Notes under the pieces: generated by a model | The model's database searches: none | Told to the model about the DNA's origin: nothing | Seen by the model: only the letters and a program-made list of their open reading frames with translations | Made by a program: the position numbers and the translations under genes | In this document: positions 1-8,269 of the stretch, piece after piece | Numbering within the stretch: the stretch's first letter is position 1 | How the letters are laid out: each line of letters opens with the position of its first letter | From: Eubacteriales bacterium | GTDB lineage: Bacteria; Bacillota; Clostridia; Oscillospirales; QAKW01 | NCBI GenBank assembly: GCA_045593905.1 | Contig: JAZNXL010000007.1 | Coordinates: 2,101 to 66,100 of the forward strand | Direction: 5' to 3' | DNA: 64,000 bases

Positions 1-878
1 CTTTTATTTTTTCTGTATTCTCCGGGTGTTGTGTTGCATTTTTCTGCAAAGGCTTTATAAAATTGCTTCTTATCAGTATATCCTACACTGCGCATTATAG
101 TATCAACGCTTTCGTTAGTGTTTAAAAGTAAATCTTTTGCTTTTTCAATACGATTTTGTTTAACAAATTCAGAAAAGGTACAACCAAAGCACTTTTTAAA
201 AATTCTGCTAAAATAAGCAGGGGAGTAGCAGCATCTTTTTGCATACTCAGTCATTGAAATTTTTTCAAAAGATTCGGTTTCGATATATTTTAAAATTTGA
301 GGTGACAGTGTATCAATTTGTTCGAAAATTTGCAAATTATCACTTGATGAGCGCATTTGTCTAAATATGTATATGAATAACTGCTCACACATCGATTTTA
401 AAACACTTTTATAGCCGATTTTTTTGCTTTCAAATTCGCTGACCATATTGTTAATTAGTTGCTCTAAAGCAATTAATTCGTCACCCTCAAAATGAACGTG
501 TGGCGCAAAATTTAATGTTTCGTTTGAAAAATCAGAGAACAATGATAGCTTTAAAATATCTAATGCATTAAAGCTGTTTATAAGTTCTTCACATAAAAAT
601 GATGGCTCTATCAAAATATTGCAAAACGACATCTCATTATGAACGGTAAATTCATGTGTTTGATTATAGTTTATAAATATTAAATCTCCTCGTGAAACAT
701 CGTATGCATTTCCGTTTACATAGTGCGTAACATCACCTGAAAATGTATAAACAATCTCTATAAAATTATGCTTGTGAACGGGGGAAGACCAGCTTGATGT
801 GCACTTGTCTAATATAATACCTTGTTGATTTAGAATTCCTTTTGAAAGTTTTTCGAAAGGCTGATATATTTTATTCAT
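1..878 (-). CDS. AraC family transcriptional regulator (3' end cut by window edge)
   Basis: Not in the ORF track because it runs off the edge. The reverse-complement translation from the ATG at 878-876 reads MNKIYQPFEKLSKGILNQQ...HNFIEIVYTFSGD (cupin-like sensor). It ends in a typical AraC HTH: YAKRCCYSPAYFSRIFKK...IEKAKDLL...GYTDKKQFYKAFAEKCNTTPGEYRK. An RBS (AGGTGA) lies upstream. Divergent from the 1012 gene. Confidence 0.8.
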   Translation of the reverse strand, partial: MNKIYQPFEKLSKGILNQQGIILDKCTSSWSSPVHKHNFIEIVYTFSGDVTHYVNGNAYDVSRGDLIFINYNQTHEFTVHNEMSFCNILIEPSFLCEELINSFNALDILKLSLFSDFSNETLNFAPHVHFEGDELIALEQLINNMVSEFESKKIGYKSVLKSMCEQLFIYIFRQMRSSSDNLQIFEQIDTLSPQILKYIETESFEKISMTEYAKRCCYSPAYFSRIFKKCFGCTFSEFVKQNRIEKAKDLLLNTNESVDTIMRSVGYTDKKQFYKAFAEKCNTTPGEYRKNK

Positions 879-1011
879 AAAATCACCTAATAATTTTATA
901 CATTAAATATTTAAAAAAGTCAATGCGATGTAAAAAAAGCCTACGAACAATGTTAAATTTACCTATTAAAAATTAAATTCTATATGTTATAATTTATTAT
1001 GAGGTGAGATT

Positions 1012-2952
1012 ATGAAAAAGATTTCATACAACGAGTATCTTGATAAAATTTACGGTTGTTTTCTTGGAAAAGCAATTTCGGGAAATATAGGCGCACCGCA
1101 CGAAGGTGTTAAAATGCCGCTTGATTTACCGTTTTTGCCGCAAATGATTAACCCCGATATGCCAAATGATGACCTTGACCTGCAAGTTTTGTGGCTCGAT
1201 GTATTAGAACAAAAAGGATACAATTTTACATCGAAAGACCTTTTGAAAAGGTTCGTTGAAAACTGTGATTATTCTCCGGGAGAATACGCTGTAATGCGTA
1301 AAAACTATGAGCGCGGTATAATGCCTCCATACTCGGGTAAGTTTTGCAATGACTATTACATAGAGGGTATGGGTTGTCCTATTCGCTCCGAGATTTGGGC
1401 GTGTATTGCAATTGGCAACCCTGAGCTTGCCGCCGAACTCTCTACAAGAGACGGCCAGCTTGACCATTACGGTGAGTCAATAAATGCTGAGCGTTTTTTG
1501 GCAGTGCTCGAGTGTAATGCTTTTTTCGAGTCTGATATTAAAAAACTTATTATTGACGCCTGTGGTGTTTTACCTGAAGATTCAAAGTTCAGACGTCTTG
1601 TAATGCAGGTTGTAAGCGACTGTGAAAAGTATAATGACCCTAAAAAAGTATTTGAAAATGTACTATTTAATTTTGGACACCCTGATTGCACAAATATGTA
1701 CGAGAATATGGGTATTACAATACTTTCATTGTTGCTTGGCGAAAAGGATGTTATTAAATCAACAATTATGGCACTTAATTGTGCTTTTGATACTGATTGT
1801 ACTTGTGCAACTGTAGGCGCAATTTTGGGCATAATTCTTGGCTCTAAAAAGATGTCAGAGGCATACGGTGTTGATAACCCGACATATAAGCTTGGTGTTA
1901 CAAGTAATAGACGTAGCAATCTGATTAAGGACCTTGCCGAAGATATTTCGTTTATGGGTGTTGAGTTTTCAAAAACTGTAAACAATAGCGTTGACATAAC
2001 TGATGCACCCAAAGTTGATTTTTGCTTTGAAAATAAACCTGATATTGATTTTAATGTTAAGTATTGTGATATGCCTTCAATTTCTCTTGGCGGCAAATGC
2101 GATGTGGTTTTAAGTGTTTCCAACAATGCAAATAAAGCACAAAAATTTAACGTTACAGTTTTTGCACCAAACGGTATTATGTGTGACACGCCGCAGACAA
2201 CCGTTGAAATTGATGCAAATGCGACTGCTGATATAAACCTTAGCTTTTATTTGCCGGTTGATGTCGAGTATATTTGCGATACAAACATTATTAATGTTGC
2301 CTTTAAAAATCAAAACGCAAACGAGTATTTAACAAGCTTTGGTATTTGCGGTGCTACACCATATAAAATTTCGGGTCCGTATTGGAAAACCGAGCCTGTG
2401 TGCACAACAAAAGATTTACTTGATAATTTTGATTTAGAAAAGCCTTATAAAGCTGTTATTCCAAACTCAAAAACTGTTGGCAACCGCACTGATAAAACAA
2501 GACAATTCCATCTTAATTTTGCGGTTGACACTAATACCGATTATGCAGGAACTACACTTTTTGATGCGCCTGAATTAAATAGGGTGGCAAACATTAGTCA
2601 AGATAGCTTTACAATGGACGATTTGTTTGGCTTTAAAGGTCCGTGTGTAGCATATCTTTCAAGAATAATTGATTGTGATGACGAAAGAACTGTATTTTTA
2701 CAAATCGGATACAGCTCGCCGTTTGAATTGTATCTGAATGGTGAATTGCTTGCAAAAAAAGACGATTTTGACAACTGGACAGCCGAAAATGTTCATATTT
2801 ATGATGTTAACCTTAAAAAAGGTGAAAACAAACTTGTTTTGCGTATGACAAGAGCTAATTCTGATGCAAAGTACAATATTACATTTTCATTAGCGCCTAC
2901 ATGCTCAACTCATGTTGTTGGTTTAAAATCAAAAAACCCGCTTAAATGGTAA
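1012..2952 (+). CDS. ADP-ribosylglycohydrolase (ARH/DraG) family protein with long C-terminal beta-sandwich extension
   Basis: The N-terminal ~320 aa carry ARH-type motifs (GCFLGKAISGNIGAPHEG; C-terminal metal-site motif FDTDCTCATVGAILG). The C-terminal ~320 aa look like an Ig-like domain plus a jelly-roll sugar-binding-like domain (FLQIGYSSPFELYLNGELLAKKDDFDNW...LKKGENKLVLRM). RBS GAGGTGAG lies upstream. No signal peptide. Confidence 0.75.
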   Translation: MKKISYNEYLDKIYGCFLGKAISGNIGAPHEGVKMPLDLPFLPQMINPDMPNDDLDLQVLWLDVLEQKGYNFTSKDLLKRFVENCDYSPGEYAVMRKNYERGIMPPYSGKFCNDYYIEGMGCPIRSEIWACIAIGNPELAAELSTRDGQLDHYGESINAERFLAVLECNAFFESDIKKLIIDACGVLPEDSKFRRLVMQVVSDCEKYNDPKKVFENVLFNFGHPDCTNMYENMGITILSLLLGEKDVIKSTIMALNCAFDTDCTCATVGAILGIILGSKKMSEAYGVDNPTYKLGVTSNRRSNLIKDLAEDISFMGVEFSKTVNNSVDITDAPKVDFCFENKPDIDFNVKYCDMPSISLGGKCDVVLSVSNNANKAQKFNVTVFAPNGIMCDTPQTTVEIDANATADINLSFYLPVDVEYICDTNIINVAFKNQNANEYLTSFGICGATPYKISGPYWKTEPVCTTKDLLDNFDLEKPYKAVIPNSKTVGNRTDKTRQFHLNFAVDTNTDYAGTTLFDAPELNRVANISQDSFTMDDLFGFKGPCVAYLSRIIDCDDERTVFLQIGYSSPFELYLNGELLAKKDDFDNWTAENVHIYDVNLKKGENKLVLRMTRANSDAKYNITFSLAPTCSTHVVGLKSKNPLKW

Positions 2953-2982
2953 AAGAGAGTAGCTTTATGCTACTCTCTTTTT
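2951..2982. terminator. bidirectional rho-independent terminator
   Basis: Stem GAGAGTAGC / GCTACTCTC (2955-2963 / 2969-2977), flanked by an A-run and a T-run. It sits between convergent genes. Confidence 0.7.
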
Positions 2983-3502
2983 ATATTCCGTAAGTCTTGT
3001 TAACAGGGTCTTGAAACAAAGGTATTTGCGGTGTAAACCAAGTGAACAAAACAAATGCAATACCAATTAAAACTATTATTGCTATTGCAAGCGTTTTGTT
3101 ACAACGCGTAAGTTTATGAATGAGTTTGTTTTCTATATAATAGATTATTGCTGTGGTAATAAAAAATATTAAAATGTTTATCCAGTCAACCGATTTTCCT
3201 GATATGCCGGTATAGGTGTAGTAAAATGTTGGTATTAAAACTACGGCAAGTATTGAGCCTATTGCTTTTACGCACCAAAACGTATCGTAGTTTTTGCCAA
3301 CAAATTTGTATTCTATTAGTGAAAACAAAAGCGTTGGAAAATATATTAGCTTTATATGCTCCCAAATTGACTCGTTTACAGCTGAAAACGGTGCTACAAG
3401 TACACTTTGAGAGCTCCAATCATAAACAAAATGCAATAGCGTTCCAACTACCGATACAAATATAAACCCTGCAATTTGCCAGTTTGCAAATTTGGTTTTC
3501 AT
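2981..3502 (-). CDS. small polytopic membrane protein (DUF6512-like)
   Basis: 173 aa with about 5 hydrophobic segments. The N-terminus MKTKFANWQIAGFIFVSVVGTLLHFVYDWS resembles the DUF6512 family from memory. No catalytic motif recognised. Confidence 0.55.
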   Translation of the reverse strand: MKTKFANWQIAGFIFVSVVGTLLHFVYDWSSQSVLVAPFSAVNESIWEHIKLIYFPTLLFSLIEYKFVGKNYDTFWCVKAIGSILAVVLIPTFYYTYTGISGKSVDWINILIFFITTAIIYYIENKLIHKLTRCNKTLAIAIIVLIGIAFVLFTWFTPQIPLFQDPVNKTYGI

Positions 3503-3547
3503 ATAATCACCCGTAATAATTATATGAACAAAACAACAAAATATTAT

Positions 3548-4063
3548 TTAAAAAACAATGGAAATTATAAGGTCGGTTGTTTGTATTTTAAAAAGATTAT
3601 ATTTTTGTGAAATGTCATTTACGCTTATATTTTTAAAATTTGTAATGCCTGTTCCGACGTATTTAAAATAAGCTTCTTTAGCGGTATATATTTTTAAGAA
3701 ATCAACATTAAAATTATTGCTGTTAATACATTCGTTTTCAGACAAAACCTTTTTTGTAAGTTTTGGGTTAATATCGCGAATAACCTCGGCATCAATGCCG
3801 ATTGGCGAATTATTAAAGGCAATTATCACATAGTCTTTAGAGTGTGTAATATTAAAATGTATTCCATCGTATAGTGGTTTTGAGTGTGCGTTTTTTAAAA
3901 AACGAATATCCTCAATGCTTTTTGAAAGCTTATTCGCAATTATCTTTTTGGCAAAATAATGTCCCACAATAGACTGTGTAGAGTTTGCCTCGGGGCAAAC
4001 TAACTTAAACTCGTTTATTTGATTTATAGAATAATCACTAATTTTAAATTTATAAATTTCCAT
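3548..4063 (-). CDS. 4'-phosphopantetheinyl transferase, Sfp type
   Basis: PPTase motifs are present: HSKPLYDGIHFNITHSKDY, GIDAE, YTAKEAYFKYVG. I moved the start to the ATG at 4063 (MEIYKF...) because AAGGAA lies 8 nt upstream. The track start at 4108 lacks an RBS. Confidence 0.75.
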   Translation of the reverse strand: MEIYKFKISDYSINQINEFKLVCPEANSTQSIVGHYFAKKIIANKLSKSIEDIRFLKNAHSKPLYDGIHFNITHSKDYVIIAFNNSPIGIDAEVIRDINPKLTKKVLSENECINSNNFNVDFLKIYTAKEAYFKYVGTGITNFKNISVNDISQKYNLFKIQTTDLIISIVF

Positions 4064-4191
4064 ATACATAATTCCTTGATTTATTAAATTGATTGTAGCA
4101 TAAAACAATAACTTTTTAAAGAAAAATATTATTTTTAAAAACTACTTGATTTTTGCATTATGCCGCTGTATAATTACAAATAGTTAAATAT

Positions 4192-4267
4192 TCCTCCTTA
4201 GCTCAGTCGGTAGAGCATGCGGCTGTTAACCGCAGGGTCGTTGGTTCGAGTCCAACAGGGGGAGCCA
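4192..4267 (+). tRNA. tRNA-Asn (anticodon GUU)
   Basis: 76-nt cloverleaf folded by hand. Acceptor TCCTCCT/AGGGGGA, anticodon loop CTGTTAA, T-loop GGTTCGAGTCC, encoded CCA. Confidence 0.95.
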
Positions 4268-4275
4268 TATTCCAG

Positions 4276-4298
4276 GCAGGTCACTGACCTGCTTTTTT
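4276..4298 (+). terminator. rho-independent terminator after tRNA-Asn
   Basis: Stem GCAGGTC / GACCTGC with a 3-nt loop, followed by TTTTTT. Confidence 0.7.
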
Positions 4299-4369
4299 AT
4301 TTTACTTACTCTTGAAAAGGTGTTTATATAATGGTACAATGAGTAAAATTATTTTATGAGGTGATTATA

Positions 4370-4607
4370 GTGAAAAGAATTCTCTTTCAGGGCGACTCCA
4401 TAACAGATTGTGGAAGAAATAGAGATGATTTTTATAGTTTAGGTTCGGATATGCAAATTTAGTTAAGGCTTCTCTTGGTATTGCATTTGATGAAGCATGT
4501 AAGAAAGCTCCTGCTGAGTATTGACTGCTGACGGCGTTCATCCTACAGCATGTGGTCACGAAATTATTAAAAGACTCTGGCTTGATACTTTTAAAAAAAT
4601 TAAATAA
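4370..4607 (+). pseudogene. decayed SGNH/GDSL hydrolase gene remnant
   Basis: A GTG start with RBS GAGGTGA gives VKRILFQGDSITDCGRNRDDFYSLGS (SGNH block I, GDSxT), then TAG at 4460. A second frame from 4447 reads GYANLVKASLGIAFDEACKKAPAEY and hits TGA at 4522, where Trp is expected. A third frame from 4527 reads ADGVHPTACGHEIIKRLWLDTFKKIK* (block V, DxxH). Blocks II and III (~120 codons) are missing. Confidence 0.8.
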
Positions 4608-4608
4608 C

Positions 4609-4637
4609 AAAAAGACACACCGTAAGGTGTGTCTTTT
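4609..4637. terminator. bidirectional rho-independent terminator
   Basis: Stem GACACACC / GGTGTGTC (4614-4621 / 4626-4633), loop GTAA, with an A-run upstream and a T-run downstream. Confidence 0.8.
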
Positions 4638-4638
4638 A

Positions 4639-5931
4639 TTACCACTCGCAAGTAATTAAGCCGTCTTGCTCTAGTGTGATTTTTGTGCCGTAAGGCTTAC
4701 ACATATTTTTAATATATTCAGCAATTTGGGGGTTAGTGCTGCGTCTTGGTAAACCGATAGCCGATTTGTTACCGGACATTTGCATTTCAATCGGCATTAA
4801 AGTGAGTTTTTTTAGTTTTGTGCCTTCGGTCTCCCAATAGGGAATTACCGAAATAAACATACGCTTGTCTGTCATAAGTCCTATTGTAAAGTTTTTGGAA
4901 CGTTTTTTTAGTAGCTCGTGAACGGTTGCAGAAGACGCACTAAGACCTTGCGCTTGAAAGAATTCTTCGGGTGCGATTTCAACGTTATATAGCTCTAAAG
5001 CAAAATCGCCTAACGAATAAAATATGGGGCAATCTTTATACACTTCGATGGGTCTTAAAAGGTGCGGGCCATGCCCTATGATAGCGTGTGCACCAACATC
5101 TATGCAGTGGTGCGCAAAATCTTTTAAAAAGTCGGCAGGATTTTCTTTTTCAGTACCGCTGAGTTGGTGCGAGTGTATTGAAATTATAATATAGTCTGCT
5201 TGTAGTTTTGCTTCGTATATTGCTTGGTCTACTCGCTCAATGTCGGCTTTGTTAATTCCCATTATATAACGGTGTGTTTCACCGGCTATAAACTTGAGTT
5301 CGCCGAGTTCACATTCGTTATCTTTGAGCTCTGAAAAATAACCTTCTTTGCGGGTTATTTCTTTCTCTGCATTAATACCTGTTTTTGCTGCGATTTCTTT
5401 AATTATTTCAAGGTCATTTTGAGGAAGCTCGACCCTTGACTCAATTCTAAGCCCGTTTATACCGGGGCGTCCTGTAAAGTGTGGAGACTGAGCACCTGCC
5501 ATAGCTGTGGGGTTAAAGCTAGTGTTTACGCTGATTAAAGCAACACGGCCGTTTATTGTTTCTAAATATTTAGGCTCGGATGCTTCGGCAAGGTTTCTGC
5601 CAACACCGCTATGAACAAGACTGCTTTTGTTTAGCGCATCGAGTGTGCGCAAAAGTCCATCGTAATGAAAATCAAGAGCGTGGTTGTTATTAAATGTGGT
5701 CATGTTAAAACCAAATTTAACAATGTCTTGTAAAACTTCGGGATTTGTTCTTAAATATGTACCACCACTGAACTGTGAAGCGCAGGCTTCGCCTTCGTGA
5801 TTAAGGGTTGTTTCAAGGTTGAAAAAACGTGCGTCGCCTTGTTTTATAAATGGTGCGAGTTCTGAATAACCTTCAAAATCATGATAAATACGCTTTTGAA
5901 TAATCATATCGCCGGCTGCGGTAAATTTCAT
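4639..5931 (-). CDS. CapA/PGA_cap family metallophosphoesterase-like protein
   Basis: 430 aa. The N-terminus MKFTAAGDMII...FFNLETTL...NNNHALDF...SGVGRNLAEA is typical of the CapA family. Confidence 0.75.
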   Translation of the reverse strand: MKFTAAGDMIIQKRIYHDFEGYSELAPFIKQGDARFFNLETTLNHEGEACASQFSGGTYLRTNPEVLQDIVKFGFNMTTFNNNHALDFHYDGLLRTLDALNKSSLVHSGVGRNLAEASEPKYLETINGRVALISVNTSFNPTAMAGAQSPHFTGRPGINGLRIESRVELPQNDLEIIKEIAAKTGINAEKEITRKEGYFSELKDNECELGELKFIAGETHRYIMGINKADIERVDQAIYEAKLQADYIIISIHSHQLSGTEKENPADFLKDFAHHCIDVGAHAIIGHGPHLLRPIEVYKDCPIFYSLGDFALELYNVEIAPEEFFQAQGLSASSATVHELLKKRSKNFTIGLMTDKRMFISVIPYWETEGTKLKKLTLMPIEMQMSGNKSAIGLPRRSTNPQIAEYIKNMCKPYGTKITLEQDGLITCEW

Positions 5932-5934
5932 TTG

Positions 5935-7056
5935 TTAAACCTCCATTAGCTTTAAGCCTAACTTAATAGCAATTTCAAGCCCGGGCTTGAGTGATTGTTT
6001 TTCAACCCATTCTTCCCGAGTATGAATACCAAAATGTCTATTAACACCTACACAAAGTGAGGGAATACCAATGGACAATGGTATATTACAATCAGTTGAA
6101 GAACTGCCGAATTTCACATTATGACCGATTACATTTTCAATTATCGGTATAGCGATTTCTTTTAATGTTTCAATTTTTTTGGCTTCGGTGTTATTGCAAG
6201 GTCTGTCTCCGATTTTGTCAACTTTTACACTAACACCGTCTTTATTTGCGTCATCAAAAACTTGATTAAACTTTTGGTTCATTATATTAAGACACTCAAA
6301 ATCAGTTGAGCGATACTCACAAAGTATTTTAGCGCTTTGAGCGATTGTATTAACCGATGTTCCACCGGTAATTGTACCAACGTTATAGGTGGTTTTTTCT
6401 CCTGCTTTTTGCGGGACCTCAATTTTATAGATTGCGTTGATTATTTTTGATAACTCATTTATAGCATTTTTGTTGCCGAACTCAATATATGAGTGGCCGC
6501 CCTCGGTTGAAACTTCTACTTCATAGCGATGAGAACCAACACATTTATCTACAAGAACGTCCAAGGTTAAATCAAAGCTTATAAACTGTTTTATACGGCC
6601 TTCATAATCATTAAAAAGTTGTCTTGTACCTTTTAAGTTGCCAAGACCTTCTTCACACGAATTACAGCAAAATATAATACCGTTTTTTGGTGTGATATTA
6701 TTTTCAATAAAGTATTTAGCCATAAACAACAAAACGACTACGCTTGCTGTATCGTCAGCAACACCGGGACTGTGTATTCTTTCACCGTCATCATAGTAGG
6801 GCATTGGCTCAGTGTCTGGAAATACAGTGTCGGTATGCGCAACAAAAACTGTTATTTCATTACTGTTTTCACAGTTTAGCGGATATACTACATTAAGCGC
6901 TTCATCAATATAAACGTTTTTTGCACCTGCTTTTTCTAACCAGTTTTTGCAGTACTCAGCTCTTTTGTGTTCGAAATGCGACGGAGCCGGTATTTCGCAT
7001 AAATCTTTTAATGTTTTTAGCATTAAATCATAATTTTGTTCAATATAATTCTTCAT
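5935..7056 (-). CDS. M20 family metallopeptidase (ArgE/DapE/PepT-like)
   Basis: Motifs VFVAHTDTVFP, GVADDTA and NSCEEGLGN are present. The start is set at 7056 (MKNYIEQ...), with AAAGGAGA 5-6 nt upstream. It lies 3 nt upstream of the capA-like gene. Confidence 0.8.
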   Translation of the reverse strand: MKNYIEQNYDLMLKTLKDLCEIPAPSHFEHKRAEYCKNWLEKAGAKNVYIDEALNVVYPLNCENSNEITVFVAHTDTVFPDTEPMPYYDDGERIHSPGVADDTASVVVLLFMAKYFIENNITPKNGIIFCCNSCEEGLGNLKGTRQLFNDYEGRIKQFISFDLTLDVLVDKCVGSHRYEVEVSTEGGHSYIEFGNKNAINELSKIINAIYKIEVPQKAGEKTTYNVGTITGGTSVNTIAQSAKILCEYRSTDFECLNIMNQKFNQVFDDANKDGVSVKVDKIGDRPCNNTEAKKIETLKEIAIPIIENVIGHNVKFGSSSTDCNIPLSIGIPSLCVGVNRHFGIHTREEWVEKQSLKPGLEIAIKLGLKLMEV

Positions 7057-7172
7057 AAATAATCTCCTTTTTTCAAAATTATATATTATATTTAGCAAAA
7101 TGTAAAATATTGTTTAAAGTTGTGTTGCACTAACTTTAAAGATGTGGTAGGATATTAAACGAGGTGAATAAT

Positions 7173-8045
7173 ATGGAAATGTTACAACTCAAATATTTTT
7201 ACGAGAGCGCAAATTTTGAAAGCTTTGCAAAGGCTGCAAAAAAGTTTGACGTTCCGCCGACATCAGTTTCTGCATCTGTTAAAAGGCTTGAAAATGAACT
7301 GAACTGTTTATTGTTCGAGCGTGAAGCGAATAAAATCAGGCTTAACAACAATGGTAAGCGCTTAATGTTATCACTTAATAAAATTTTTGACGAGCTTGAT
7401 AAGGCTATTAGCGATATTACTTCTATATCAGATGACAATAGAGAAGTCAAAATTCTTGTAAAAGCTATGCGTGGCGAAATTACAAGTCACATAATTGAGT
7501 ACAAAACAAAACATCCGCAAATTCGTTTTAAAACTGTTTTCGATTTTGACGAAAAGAATTTTGATGATTACGACATCATAATTGACCAAAAAAGTGCTGA
7601 GTATTATGATTTTGAAAGTATTGATTTATATCATACCAAAATTGTATTAAGGGTATCAGATAACAGTGATTTATTAAATAGAAAGCTATGCTTAAAACAA
7701 CTTTCTGATATGCCATTTATTTCTATTGGTGAAAACAGCAGTCTTAACAAAATTTTTGTGGATGCTTGTAAAAATGTAGGGTTTGAGCCTAATATTGTTG
7801 TAATGAGTAATGATATTTTATGTAATACCAAATGCGTTGAGGCAGGTGTTGGTATTGGTGTGGGAAGATATTATGAGGGAAGCGGCAAAGAAAGTAATGT
7901 TAAAATTTTAAATATTACTGATTTTAACGTTTTACAAACCATTTGCTGTTTTTTTAAAAAACAATCAGCCTATGGTAACGTAAAACATTTTATTGATTTT
8001 ATAAAAAATAAAACGACAAATTTTTCAAAAAATTTACTTGACTAA
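7173..8045 (+). CDS. LysR family transcriptional regulator
   Basis: N-terminal LysR HTH: MEMLQLKYFYESANFESFAKAAKKFDVPPTSVSASVKRLENEL. The start at 7173 follows GAGGTG with a 6-nt spacer. Divergent from the M20/CapA pair. Confidence 0.85.
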   Translation: MEMLQLKYFYESANFESFAKAAKKFDVPPTSVSASVKRLENELNCLLFEREANKIRLNNNGKRLMLSLNKIFDELDKAISDITSISDDNREVKILVKAMRGEITSHIIEYKTKHPQIRFKTVFDFDEKNFDDYDIIIDQKSAEYYDFESIDLYHTKIVLRVSDNSDLLNRKLCLKQLSDMPFISIGENSSLNKIFVDACKNVGFEPNIVVMSNDILCNTKCVEAGVGIGVGRYYEGSGKESNVKILNITDFNVLQTICCFFKKQSAYGNVKHFIDFIKNKTTNFSKNLLD

Positions 8046-8092
8046 ACTGTTAAAGTATGTTATTCTATCGGAGTATTGAATATCTGGGTGAG

Positions 8093-8204
8093 ATAACCAG
8101 AAATGTTATGACTGGTTATTGACAGAACTTTGGAGACACTCAATCATTTGGGGGCCGAAGGTGCAAGCGTTTATACGCTAAACTCTCAGGCAAAAGGACA
8201 AAGT
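8093..8204 (+). promoter_or_regulatory. glycine riboswitch (one complete aptamer preceded by an extra hairpin)
   Basis: The aptamer at 8127-8204 has P1 ACTTT/AAAGT and the conserved strings GGAGA, GCCGAAGGTGCAA and CTCTCAGGCAAAAGGAC. The upstream hairpin is ATAACCAG(8093-8100)/CTGGTTAT(8112-8119). Located in the leader of an AGCS symporter gene. Confidence 0.8.
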
Positions 8205-8221
8205 GCATTTATTGTATTTTT

Positions 8222-8254
8222 GCGGAGTGTTTTTTTGCACTCCGTTATTTTTTT
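8222..8254 (+). terminator. riboswitch expression-platform terminator
   Basis: Stem CGGAGTG / CACTCCG with a T-rich loop, followed by TTATTTTTTT, 16 nt before the symporter ATG. Confidence 0.8.
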
Positions 8255-8269
8255 AGAGGAGAGAGGATA

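Noticed and set aside
1467-2189. 240-aa minus-strand ORF nested inside the ADP-ribosylglycohydrolase gene (plus 1204-1467 and 2110-2313).
   Set aside because: It is fully antisense to a CDS with clear family motifs. It has no RBS, and its product is compositionally biased and motif-free. This is a typical shadow ORF.
4365-4610. 81-aa minus-strand ORF from the track.
   Set aside because: It is antisense to the SGNH hydrolase relic. The plus strand carries recognisable GDSITD and DGVHPTACGH blocks, so the locus is called a pseudogene instead.
4639-5931. CapA considered as evidence of a poly-gamma-glutamate capsule locus.
   Set aside because: No capB, capC or pgsE genes are adjacent. The CapA family is broad, so a capsule synthesis call is not justified.
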